A stretch of DNA of 64,000 nt from the IMG/VR virus record IMGVR_UViG_3300022822_000008; one strand, written 5' to 3'. A program made the translations under genes and the position numbers. This document shows, in pieces, positions 37,141-45,483 of the stretch. The notes under the pieces were generated by a model that saw only the letters and a program-made list of their open reading frames with translations, was not told where the DNA came from and made no database searches. This stretch comes from a virus (lineage: Duplodnaviria > Heunggongvirae > Uroviricota > Caudoviricetes). Position 1 is the stretch's first letter. The number at the start of each line of letters is the position of its first letter.

Positions 37141-37237
37141 GTATTTACCTCTACGGTTTCATTTGTGCTTAAATTGCTTACTACTATGACGCTAATAAAA
37201 ATTCAATTAAAGTCTAGTGTGTTGTTTCAAAGGAAAG

Positions 37238-37253
37238 GAGGCCCGAAGGCCTC
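37238..37253 (-). terminator. Intrinsic terminator with C(UUCG)G tetraloop after gene 32
   Basis: GAGGCC-TTCG-GGCCTC followed by CTTTCCTTT. Confidence 0.75.
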
Positions 37254-37256
37254 ATA

Positions 37257-38171
37257 TTAACCCTCAGCGAGCTTTTTGAATATTGCCAAATCATCGTCTT
37301 CATCTTCATCTTCAGCAATAGAAGGAGTAGAAGTTGGTTCGGCTGTTTTCATTGAACTCAAGTCGAGGTCGCTGTCTGTTTCTTCTGCGGCAGAGGCTGA
37401 TATTCCATTATCAGATTTACCAGCAATGTCAAGGACGCGATATAACTTGGTCTTCAATTCAGCATATGTCTTGAAATTTGCAGGATCAAGTAATGACTGT
37501 AATGAATGTTGTGAGTTCCAAATGGTTTCAATTTCTGATTCATCTTCCGAAACAGGCGTTGAAGCCTCAAATTCAGATTTATCATAATTTGGGTAACCAT
37601 CCGCTAACCGGATCTTAATACGAAAGTTTGCACCTTCCCATAAATCAAACGGGTTTACTGGTGTCTCATCTTCGAAAGTTGGGTTCATCAAGTCTTTCAA
37701 TTTATCAAAGATTTTCTTACCGTATGAATACATGAAGACTTTGCCATCATTATCTGGGTTAGAGGAATCTTTAATTACTAAGACATTAGATGTATATTTC
37801 AAACGGCGTTTTTGTTTGCGAGCTTCTTCTTTATCAGAATCAACACCAGAATTCCACAATTTAGAGTTGAACTCAGAAACTGGGTCGTCTTGATTGATTG
37901 TAGTTAAAGAATTTTCGATGTACCATTGACCAGTTGGTCCTTGGAAACCGTGATCCCAAATTCGTACAAACGGCATTTCTTCTCCAACAGGTGCTGGTAA
38001 GAAACGGACGATTGCAAAGCCATTACCTGCTTTGTCGCGAGTTGGTTTCCAAATTTTGTCGGCGTTCGGGTTTGCATAGCTTTTTGTAGCTATTTTATCT
38101 AGCTGTCCGTTAAGCTTGTCTAATGATGCAGAGCGTGATTTTTTCAGTGCTGAAAAGTCGGTGTTAGCCAT
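37257..38171 (-). CDS. 32: Single-stranded DNA-binding protein gp32
   Basis: GNGFAIVRFLP, HGFQGPTGQWYIENSLTT, GANFRIK, NYDKSEF, acidic tail. Confidence 0.95.
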   Translation of the reverse strand: MANTDFSALKKSRSASLDKLNGQLDKIATKSYANPNADKIWKPTRDKAGNGFAIVRFLPAPVGEEMPFVRIWDHGFQGPTGQWYIENSLTTINQDDPVSEFNSKLWNSGVDSDKEEARKQKRRLKYTSNVLVIKDSSNPDNDGKVFMYSYGKKIFDKLKDLMNPTFEDETPVNPFDLWEGANFRIKIRLADGYPNYDKSEFEASTPVSEDESEIETIWNSQHSLQSLLDPANFKTYAELKTKLYRVLDIAGKSDNGISASAAEETDSDLDLSSMKTAEPTSTPSIAEDEDEDDDLAIFKKLAEG

Positions 38172-38231
38172 GGGGATGTATCTCCTGTAGTATAGCGTTA
38201 TTTACGTTGGTTGTATTTGCGGTTTATTTTA

Positions 38232-38834
38232 TTACAAAAAGCGATTTTTTACGAGGGTATTAAATCGTAGTACTTCATAGTTCAAGAAAGGTTTATATTT
38301 TCTTGAGGTATCTATAATATCCTGAGCGATAAATTTGTCAGACATATTTTCTTCCCAATATGCAAAAATATTTGCAGAATGAGTCAAAATTGTAAATGTT
38401 TCCATTGATAATTTCTTTTGAAGAAATAATGTAATCAAGTACGGATGTTGACCGTTGCTCACGATAAAATTAGATTTATAATCATCTTTGAGTATGGACA
38501 TTTCATTTGAAAAGGTGTAACCCAAAGAATCAATCTTTTTCTTCCATTTGTTGTAACGTTGTTCACCTTCATCACTAACGATATCTCGAACCCAAATTTT
38601 AGGTTCATCAATTACATTTGCAAGTATTAGGTTGATATGATCTTGTTTTTTAGAAAGCTTACTAAAAAAGAATGCATCATTTCGAGCAGCGAAGGAATCC
38701 ATGTTTGCCTTCACTTTGCCATTATATTTATAATAGTCGTAATTTTTGGTTGTAAAATGTCTTTTTATTGCGAGGTAAGTTACATAAGCATCAAAAGACG
38801 CTTGGTTAATATAGCTGGGTAAGGTCGAGTTCAT
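38232..38834 (-). CDS. 59: Helicase loader gp59
   Basis: Y..YLAIKRHFT...YDY.KYNGKV; position between 33 and 32. Confidence 0.85.
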   Translation of the reverse strand: MNSTLPSYINQASFDAYVTYLAIKRHFTTKNYDYYKYNGKVKANMDSFAARNDAFFFSKLSKKQDHINLILANVIDEPKIWVRDIVSDEGEQRYNKWKKKIDSLGYTFSNEMSILKDDYKSNFIVSNGQHPYLITLFLQKKLSMETFTILTHSANIFAYWEENMSDKFIAQDIIDTSRKYKPFLNYEVLRFNTLVKNRFL

Positions 38835-39045
38835 TGCTTTTCTTTACCATCCTTAACTCAACAGCCTCTACTCTGATTTTTTCTCTGAGTATTGTTGAGC
38901 GTTTTATCACATCGGCCACAATTTCTATGTCGATATTATTAGTTGCAGCATACTCACAAATAGCATCAATGTACGGAATCCCCGCAGATATCATATGTGC
39001 TATGGAGTGATGTATTTTTTCAGGCGTCATTATTACGACATCCAT
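38806..39045 (-). CDS. 33: Late transcription co-activator gp33
   Basis: YIDAI..YA..NNIDIE......LREKI..EA; synteny 33-59-32. Confidence 0.8.
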   Translation of the reverse strand: MDVVIMTPEKIHHSIAHMISAGIPYIDAICEYAATNNIDIEIVADVIKRSTILREKIRVEAVELRMVKKSNELDLTQLY

Positions 39046-39084
39046 CTATAAAGCCTCCAGGTGTCATTCGTTATATTAGTTTGT

Positions 39085-39112
39085 ATTATAACATGATCTA
39101 AGAGGATGTCAA
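39085..39112 (-). promoter_or_regulatory. Sigma70-type promoter upstream of gene 33
   Basis: TTGACA-16-TATAAT. Confidence 0.7.
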
Positions 39113-39302
39113 TGTTTATTTTTTAAAATATGTCAAATAAATCGTTAAGGCTAATGAGATAACTGAAATTATTACGAAAGAATATACAAGAATATGTTCG
39201 GGCATTATTTAGCACCTCTGAAAAAACGTGATAGTAGTAACCCAATGAATAAGTAAAAAACAGTGAATCCCAGTGATATTAGCGGCACAGTTAAAAATAT
39301 AT

Positions 39303-39638
39303 TCACTTGTCGCCAAGGCCTAGTTCTTTTTGTAACTTGTTATATTGTATCAATTTTTGGGTTCTGTCAATTCCTTTTCGTGCAGCTTCTCTTTGAATAC
39401 GAAATTTTGTTTCTTCATCAGTTTCAGGTCGGGAATAATTTATTTCATATGCACAGCCGTAAGCCATATATCCATCATCTTCATTTTCAAAATCAATAGT
39501 CATAGAATTTTGAAAGTCTGAATCAATTTCGTCTACTTTATGTTGTAAATAAGCAATCATTTCGACCAAATTTCTTGGTAATGCCTCAGTAGACTCTTTT
39601 TCTAAAATAAGACTATTTAATACGATTTTACTTTTCAT
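39303..39638 (-). CDS. Hypothetical early protein
   Basis: 111 aa; promoter TTGACA-16-TATAAT at 39669-39696. Confidence 0.65.
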   Translation of the reverse strand: MKSKIVLNSLILEKESTEALPRNLVEMIAYLQHKVDEIDSDFQNSMTIDFENEDDGYMAYGCAYEINYSRPETDEETKFRIQREAARKGIDRTQKLIQYNKLQKELGLGDK

Positions 39639-39692
39639 AACATATCTCCTTTTTTATTTGATGGAACTATTATAACATAGTAGTAAGGTTTG

Positions 39693-40286
39693 TCAACCGT
39701 TATTAACGTTAAATGGCACAAGTATATCTTTTAAGTTAACCAGCAATTTATTGGATTGAGAAAATTTTGATTCTTTGTTAAACTCTATTTCTACAAAATT
39801 CCACAATTTAATGTCATAGGTAGTTCCCCATCTTCTGACTACGGTAACATATTCCTTTGACGGTATATGGTAAACAATTGAAGTTAATAGTTCCTCACCG
39901 AAATGTACAGGCAATCCTACACCAAAGGCTTCGTCAGTATCAATATAATCGATATTATCTACAATCTCTTTTCTCAACTCGAGGATATATTCTTTCACTT
40001 TTTGTGCAGAACCTTGGTCTAAGAATTCAATTTCTTGACCACCAGATTTTCTAGCTTGTTCCCAGCTTGTTGCAACAAATGCATTGTCTAAATAATAGAT
40101 TCGAAGACCAACATGAGTATCTGTATCCATTTTTCGCCAAGCCCAGTAACATTTAAGTTTTCTGTTTGGTTCCAATTCAAGATCGTAGGCATTTATGCCG
40201 AACAATTCAGAGAAATCTTCAATGGCTACGTAATCTTCGTTTTTGTCACTTTTGTCAACTTTCGCAATTAAATCAAATATATTCAT
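39693..40286 (-). CDS. Hypothetical protein
   Basis: 197 aa ORF in operon. Confidence 0.65.
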   Translation of the reverse strand: MNIFDLIAKVDKSDKNEDYVAIEDFSELFGINAYDLELEPNRKLKCYWAWRKMDTDTHVGLRIYYLDNAFVATSWEQARKSGGQEIEFLDQGSAQKVKEYILELRKEIVDNIDYIDTDEAFGVGLPVHFGEELLTSIVYHIPSKEYVTVVRRWGTTYDIKLWNFVEIEFNKESKFSQSNKLLVNLKDILVPFNVNNG

Positions 40287-40591
40287 CTTGAAATTCCTTT
40301 TGGGTAAACTTTACGCCCTTTTATTGACCATTTTTCGACTACAGGTTTGCCGTAATCATCTTCATCTGTAACAACATACATTACAGTTTTCAAAACTTTT
40401 GCGTAGCGATAACCGTGATCGAAGTTGATTACCGGATTAGTAACCCAAACTTTATGAGGATAATCTTCGGACAGATGTTGATCATCATTATGGCTATATT
40501 CAAAGAAATTATTAAATTCTTTTTCATGAAACATTCCGATAAGAGCGCCTGATTCACTATTTACTGTTAATTTCCAAGGTGCATGTGCCAT
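40283..40591 (-). CDS. Hypothetical protein
   Basis: Start MAHAPWK overlaps stop of upstream micro-ORF (TAATG). Confidence 0.65.
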   Translation of the reverse strand: MAHAPWKLTVNSESGALIGMFHEKEFNNFFEYSHNDDQHLSEDYPHKVWVTNPVINFDHGYRYAKVLKTVMYVVTDEDDYGKPVVEKWSIKGRKVYPKGISR

Positions 40592-40680
40592 TATAATATC
40601 GCCCATAAGATCAAAGTGAAAACAGTTGCAACAAGTGCAGCTTCATATAATTCAGTTTTAACAAAAAATTCTTTAAACAT
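40591..40680 (-). CDS. 29 aa hydrophobic micro-ORF
   Basis: Read by hand: MFKEFFVKTELYEAALVATVFTLILWAIL. Confidence 0.5.
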   Translation of the reverse strand: MFKEFFVKTELYEAALVATVFTLILWAIL

Positions 40681-40741
40681 AATATTCTCTTTGTGTTTCG
40701 ATTCAATATAAATATTATATCAAGTCTATCACTCAAGTCAA
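40678..40741 (-). promoter_or_regulatory. Early promoter/leader repeat, copy 7
   Basis: TTGACT-16-TATAAT; 40678-40723 identical to 1459-1504. Confidence 0.82.
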
Positions 40742-40744
40742 CCA

Positions 40745-41167
40745 TTAATTTTCTACTGAGTCGATCCATTTACCTACAGGTCTTGCAAGCGATTCCATAA
40801 TTAAGAGTCTTGGCATTATGCAAGTATCAATTATTTGTTGAGCAAAATATTCACCATTATCTGTACCCATCAAAGAGATTATTTCTTTTTTATGTCTTTC
40901 AAGATCGCGTTGAAATATTCCAAATATTTCAGGTTTAAGTTTCTTTATCTTTGCAGCAACCCTTCGATTTTCTCTATCCATAGCCTGAACTTTCATGCGT
41001 ACTTCAGGTGTTGAATTAGCTCGATAGCATATGTTGGTGATCCACACAGAAGTTGAGAAGTATTCAATCGATTCACTAGATGGAAAACTTCTTTCCGCTG
41101 AAATGGTTGATGCACAGGCTAGTATGATAGTTGCTGATATTGCTAGTTTACTGAATAGTCTTTTCAT
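40745..41167 (-). CDS. Secreted/periplasmic protein with signal peptide
   Basis: MKRLFSKLAISATIILACASTISA signal; two Cys in the mature part. Confidence 0.65.
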   Translation of the reverse strand: MKRLFSKLAISATIILACASTISAERSFPSSESIEYFSTSVWITNICYRANSTPEVRMKVQAMDRENRRVAAKIKKLKPEIFGIFQRDLERHKKEIISLMGTDNGEYFAQQIIDTCIMPRLLIMESLARPVGKWIDSVEN

Positions 41168-41194
41168 AATGTAACCCTTAATATTTTGGTTGTT

Positions 41195-41608
41195 TTATTT
41201 AGCTAATGATTCCAAGTAGTGCATAATATAGCTGTTATTTTTCGTTATCTTTTTAAGACTTTTTAATAGACAGAGTTCTGTTGCTATATTAGGATCTTGC
41301 ATCATTAAGACCATAATGTAATTATCTACATCTCTTTTACTGGCCGCAAATAAATTTGTTGTTGAATCTTTATCAGTAGACAACTTGACAATTGAATCTT
41401 TGGTGTTTTGTGTTTCGTCGTACATTTTAGTTGCGAGCGCAGTCGATTGCTTAGATCCGCCATACATGCAGTGTTTACTTACCACAGTTTTTATTCCCCA
41501 TTGATAATAATTATCTTCTGTTGGAGCATTTTTCTGAGCAGCTAATGCAACTGTTGATGTAAACATAATAGATGCAGCGATGATTAGTGTTTTTGTATAA
41601 TTTTTCAT
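41195..41608 (-). CDS. Secreted/periplasmic protein with signal peptide
   Basis: MKNYTKTLIIAASIMFTSTVALA signal; two Cys in the mature part. Confidence 0.65.
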   Translation of the reverse strand: MKNYTKTLIIAASIMFTSTVALAAQKNAPTEDNYYQWGIKTVVSKHCMYGGSKQSTALATKMYDETQNTKDSIVKLSTDKDSTTNLFAASKRDVDNYIMVLMMQDPNIATELCLLKSLKKITKNNSYIMHYLESLAK

Positions 41609-41688
41609 GATATAATTCCTAGTTTGTTGGTTGGTTATTTAATTTGTAATTTAATAGTATCATATGCTTAAGCTATGTCAACCTTTTT

Positions 41689-42372
41689 TTAAATTTCTTC
41701 AAATAAAACATTATTGATGTAACTTAGCTTTTCCTCTTCTGGTATACCCATTGCATTTATTGCTTGATGCAGTCTACGATTGGTTTTTTGGTTGGCACAG
41801 TATTTGTTAAGTGCCGTTTTTGTCGGTTCGTCGTGAATATATGTGTCAGAGTTTGAATGGTAAGTATAAAAGTCGAGTAAACGATAAGTAACTTTTTTAA
41901 GTGTGTCTAGTTCATCACCTTGTACTATACCGCCTACAGCGATCATATCATCTGAAAATATTTCTTGTGCCCATTCTGGCAACTTTCTTTCTCTTTTCCA
42001 GTTTAAGTTCTTTACGACTCCTTTGTAAAAACTATCGTATTGACTAGGCACTTCACAGACGGGAGAGAAGTCAAAAAATGATCCGCTTATTTTAGATTTG
42101 GTAGCGACAATATCAAAACCTAGAATGGGAAGATTGATCCCATCTTCAGGAAATATATTGATGTGCATCAGCCACATTTTGTCAGTGATGATAGTTTTGA
42201 GGTGACATTTACGGATATTTTCGCCATACCAAAATGTATCTTCCCAACCATCAAAATTCTGAGTATGTTTTGAATTATCATAGCCTATATATTTGTTACT
42301 AAATAAATCACATATAGCATCTGAAAACTCAATTAGCTCTTCCCAAAGTGGAGTGACTTCTCTTTCGATCAT
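41689..42372 (-). CDS. Ferredoxin-dependent bilin reductase (PcyA/PcyX-like)
   Basis: RKCHL, LMHINIFP, LPILGFDIV, FFDFSPV, R.LPEWA.EIFS, YC.NQK.N; start trimmed to MIEREV. Confidence 0.85.
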   Translation of the reverse strand: MIEREVTPLWEELIEFSDAICDLFSNKYIGYDNSKHTQNFDGWEDTFWYGENIRKCHLKTIITDKMWLMHINIFPEDGINLPILGFDIVATKSKISGSFFDFSPVCEVPSQYDSFYKGVVKNLNWKRERKLPEWAQEIFSDDMIAVGGIVQGDELDTLKKVTYRLLDFYTYHSNSDTYIHDEPTKTALNKYCANQKTNRRLHQAINAMGIPEEEKLSYINNVLFEEI

Positions 42373-42373
42373 T

Positions 42374-43021
42374 TTATTCCCATTTACTTTCGTAGTTGTC
42401 GTGTTCATCATCTTCATCTGAATCATATTCATTATCGGTTTCTTCAATGCCGTATGTTTCAAAATCGTACTTTTCTGCAATCTCAGTAAACATTTTTTCA
42501 GCAAATTCGAAGCACACTCTCGCTTCATCTGCCATATCATTGTCGATAAGCTCACGTAATCCTGCGATTAGGCCTTTACGATCTTCAAATTCGTACATAT
42601 GACCTTCGCCTGGTACGCGCTTTTTAATAATTTGGCCGCCATGAAGATCACCAAAGTGTCTTACATATACGTGTGCTAGCAACTTGCGTTCTTCACCTTC
42701 GGATTGGAGATCTTCGATGTACCGTACATATTCACGTACCGATCTAAGCTTTGAAGTGTCTGCAAGGTCGGGAAGATGAAATTCTTCTTGTAGAGCGACC
42801 AAGTCTCTTTCGATGTGAGGAGATCTAAAAACAGTTTGCAACTTTTTAGGAAGCGTAGCTGCGGCTTCTAATGCTAAGTAGTTTTGTAACTGCGCGTGTA
42901 AATAAACATAATAAAGTGCTGGAGTTATTCCGCCGCCTAATAAAAGTTCTGCAAATTCAGATCGTTCTACACTATCATGGTGTTCTTTTGTTAAATCCCT
43001 AAGGGTTACTTTATCAGACAT
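42374..43021 (-). CDS. Heme oxygenase
   Basis: LRDLTKEHHDSVE (proximal His), AHVYVRHFGDLHGGQIIKK. Confidence 0.9.
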   Translation of the reverse strand: MSDKVTLRDLTKEHHDSVERSEFAELLLGGGITPALYYVYLHAQLQNYLALEAAATLPKKLQTVFRSPHIERDLVALQEEFHLPDLADTSKLRSVREYVRYIEDLQSEGEERKLLAHVYVRHFGDLHGGQIIKKRVPGEGHMYEFEDRKGLIAGLRELIDNDMADEARVCFEFAEKMFTEIAEKYDFETYGIEETDNEYDSDEDDEHDNYESKWE

Positions 43022-43166
43022 ATTGCTCCTAATTACAAGTTATCAAGAAATTTGCCATTTTTCTTGGATTCTTTTTTTCGATCAATCATAACATTAGACT
43101 TATTAAAAGTTCTTAGATGTTTGGCGACTGGGTTAAATTTATTTTTCTTTTTTCGTGATTTCATAT

Positions 43167-43361
43167 CTACGTTCTCTTTCTGTGTCTTAGTGAAGTTACA
43201 GAATTTGCTATTTTAACTACGATATAAAGAGTGCCAATACCTGCAGTTGCACTAAGAAGTGCATTCGCGGAACCGTATTCAATCCTAAAATATGTAGCAG
43301 TGATAATAATAAGTATTGCAATTAGCATTTTCATAGTTTGCCTATTTATTAATTTAGGCAA
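43167..43361 (-). CDS. Small membrane protein
   Basis: Two hydrophobic segments. Confidence 0.45.
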   Translation of the reverse strand: MPKLINRQTMKMLIAILIIITATYFRIEYGSANALLSATAGIGTLYIVVKIANSVTSLRHRKRT

Positions 43362-43392
43362 TCACTATATCAAACTTAGAGATGAATGTCAA

Positions 43393-43641
43393 TTAAAGTT
43401 TGTCATCAGTTAATCTTGGTTCGCCAAATTCATCTATATACAAACCGACAGCTCTATCATACCATTGATAATGCTTGTCACTATCAACTCTACTTTTACC
43501 CTGTGATACATATAATTCAATAAAGACATCAGCTTCGACACAATCCCAATCGATATAATCGCCACTTGGGTAATTAACGGGGTCGTTTATTGATTTCATA
43601 AGTGCGTTTGTTGCAGAAATCCTACATACATCTTGATTCAT
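43393..43641 (-). CDS. Hypothetical protein
   Basis: 82 aa ORF. Confidence 0.55.
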   Translation of the reverse strand: MNQDVCRISATNALMKSINDPVNYPSGDYIDWDCVEADVFIELYVSQGKSRVDSDKHYQWYDRAVGLYIDEFGEPRLTDDKL

Positions 43642-43734
43642 AGTATTCTCATTTATTATTCAATTGTTCATTATATACCACGTCTTAAATTCGGTCAAAT
43701 AATAAATACATTTATAATAATAAGGAGACATAAA

Positions 43735-43992
43735 ATGTCCGAAGAACTTAAATATAAAGAAACCGAATTGCGTATAGAGAACGAAGATAAAAAAGAAGAT
43801 GCACAGCGTAAAATGGCGTGGGCATCACTAGCAGGAATGTTGACTTTTCCTGTTATCGTCATTTTATCTTCATTTATTGGATTAGATAAAGCAGCTGAAA
43901 TACTAGGTGATATGGCAGCTGTTTATTTTGTATCAGTTGCAGCAATCATTGCCGCGTTTTACGGCAAAGAAGCTTATACAAAGGGTAAATAA
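43735..43992 (+). CDS. Two-TM small membrane protein, holin candidate
   Basis: AAGGAG SD; AQRKMAW..LAGML.. and second TM; lone plus-strand gene in a minus block. Confidence 0.55.
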   Translation: MSEELKYKETELRIENEDKKEDAQRKMAWASLAGMLTFPVIVILSSFIGLDKAAEILGDMAAVYFVSVAAIIAAFYGKEAYTKGK

Positions 43993-44265
43993 TTACTCGT
44001 CGCCGTAAATGCCACGGACGAATTCCTCTGATATTAAAACGCACTTCACGCCAGCAACTGTAATTGGGAGACCTTTGTTCCATTCGAGAGCAATTTGGTC
44101 TTCCAATTTACAATGTTCAACATCAGGACCTTTCGCAACCACACACCCAGGCGCAGACGAACCCTTATCTTTTTCGTCAGTCAATATAATACCACCTGCT
44201 GACATTTTTGAATCTTCCGCTTTTGCTACTTCAATTACTAATAACTGGTCTCTCATTGGTCTCAT
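43993..44265 (-). CDS. groES: Co-chaperonin GroES / gp31-like
   Basis: MRPMRDQLLV, SAGGIIL mobile loop, G.VVAKGPDV. Confidence 0.85.
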   Translation of the reverse strand: MRPMRDQLLVIEVAKAEDSKMSAGGIILTDEKDKGSSAPGCVVAKGPDVEHCKLEDQIALEWNKGLPITVAGVKCVLISEEFVRGIYGDE

Positions 44266-44894
44266 TATTCATATTCCTCTTCAGTTGGTTTTAATGTTTT
44301 TTCTAATTTCGCAAGTCTTTTATGTTCTTTTTCTGCTTTCTTAGAACGTTTTTCGAGTCTGCTTGCAACTTCATCTCCGCTCATCCAGAAATCCTTACCT
44401 TCAGTCATGGCAACAATTTCTTTCTTTGACAGGAATCCTCCGTAACAGTCTGCGAATATCTTTTTAGACCATTCGTACTCGTGAATTGTTTGGTCGTGCA
44501 TTTCACCACCTTTACCTACCACACCGCCTGAATAATTGTGAAACATAAATGATGAATGATCTGATATTTCAAACAGGTCAGACATTAAAAATATTAATGT
44601 GGCAGCTGACATACAAGCACCTTCTACGGAAGTTATCACAGTACATCTGCAATCTGCTAATACTCTCATAAATTGTATTGCGGTAAATAAATCCCCACCT
44701 GGTGAATTTATATGTATTTTTATCGTATCGCCTTCGTTAGCATTTCTGATTATATCGAACCATTCTACGTATTCTTCTGGTTCGCCAATTCGACCGCTTA
44801 AGTAGAAATTACTACATAAAGTAACAGGCCTGTTGGCATAGAAAGTACGTTGAACGTTAGGAGTCGAATATATTGTTGCCGTCTTATCTGTCAT
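44265..44894 (-). CDS. clpP: ClpP-like serine protease
   Basis: IHINSPGGD, GACMSAAT (catalytic Ser), MFHNYSGG (His). Confidence 0.85.
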   Translation of the reverse strand: MTDKTATIYSTPNVQRTFYANRPVTLCSNFYLSGRIGEPEEYVEWFDIIRNANEGDTIKIHINSPGGDLFTAIQFMRVLADCRCTVITSVEGACMSAATLIFLMSDLFEISDHSSFMFHNYSGGVVGKGGEMHDQTIHEYEWSKKIFADCYGGFLSKKEIVAMTEGKDFWMSGDEVASRLEKRSKKAEKEHKRLAKLEKTLKPTEEEYE

Positions 44895-45041
44895 TAAACT
44901 ACCTCATATTGTGTTATTGATTCATATATGATACCTTACGATGCATAAGGATTCATAAGTGAACCAAATGCATTGAATTACGTACTATATATAATGATTT
45001 ATTAAACTGTTCATAGTACGAATTTGTTATAAAAACTTGTT

Positions 45042-45090
45042 ACATTATAGTCGATAACTTGATTATAACACAGTTCTGTATTGTTGTCAA
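45042..45090 (-). promoter_or_regulatory. Sigma70 promoter with 30 nt element duplicated at 56619
   Basis: TTGACA-17-TATAAT; ACATTATAGTCGATAACTTGATTATAACAC identical at 56619-56648. Confidence 0.75.
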
Positions 45091-45180
45091 TCATTTATTC
45101 AATTAGTTCATATAAATTATTTGTTGACATCGGCTGTGATAGTGTTATTGTATAATTCAATTCAATAAAAGGAACAAAAA

Positions 45181-45483
45181 ATGAAAGATTTTAAAAATAC
45201 CGCGGTGACATTCATTATATGGGGTATAGTAGCTTCAGTAAATGTCTCGGTAGCAACTGCTACATTATTAATACTTGTTGTTCTCGGTTTGTGTGTTATA
45301 GATAAAGAACAAATGGCAGTGATGTATGATCGACCTATTCATAATTATATTATATCTTATATTCTATCAATAGGTGTCGTGTATTTAACATTTCAAGAAA
45401 ATCAGATATTGGCTATCACCTACTTGATTGCGGTATTAGCTGTTAATTTATATAGGTTCATGTGTACGAGGAATCCAATATGA
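45181..45483 (+). CDS. Membrane protein
   Basis: Multiple hydrophobic segments, AGGA SD. Confidence 0.65.
   Translation: MKDFKNTAVTFIIWGIVASVNVSVATATLLILVVLGLCVIDKEQMAVMYDRPIHNYIISYILSIGVVYLTFQENQILAITYLIAVLAVNLYRFMCTRNPI

Noticed and set aside
42373-42555. Extended N-terminus of the bilin reductase in the ORF track
   Set aside because: It overlaps the heme oxygenase in another frame; an SD and ATG at 42372 give a clean start.
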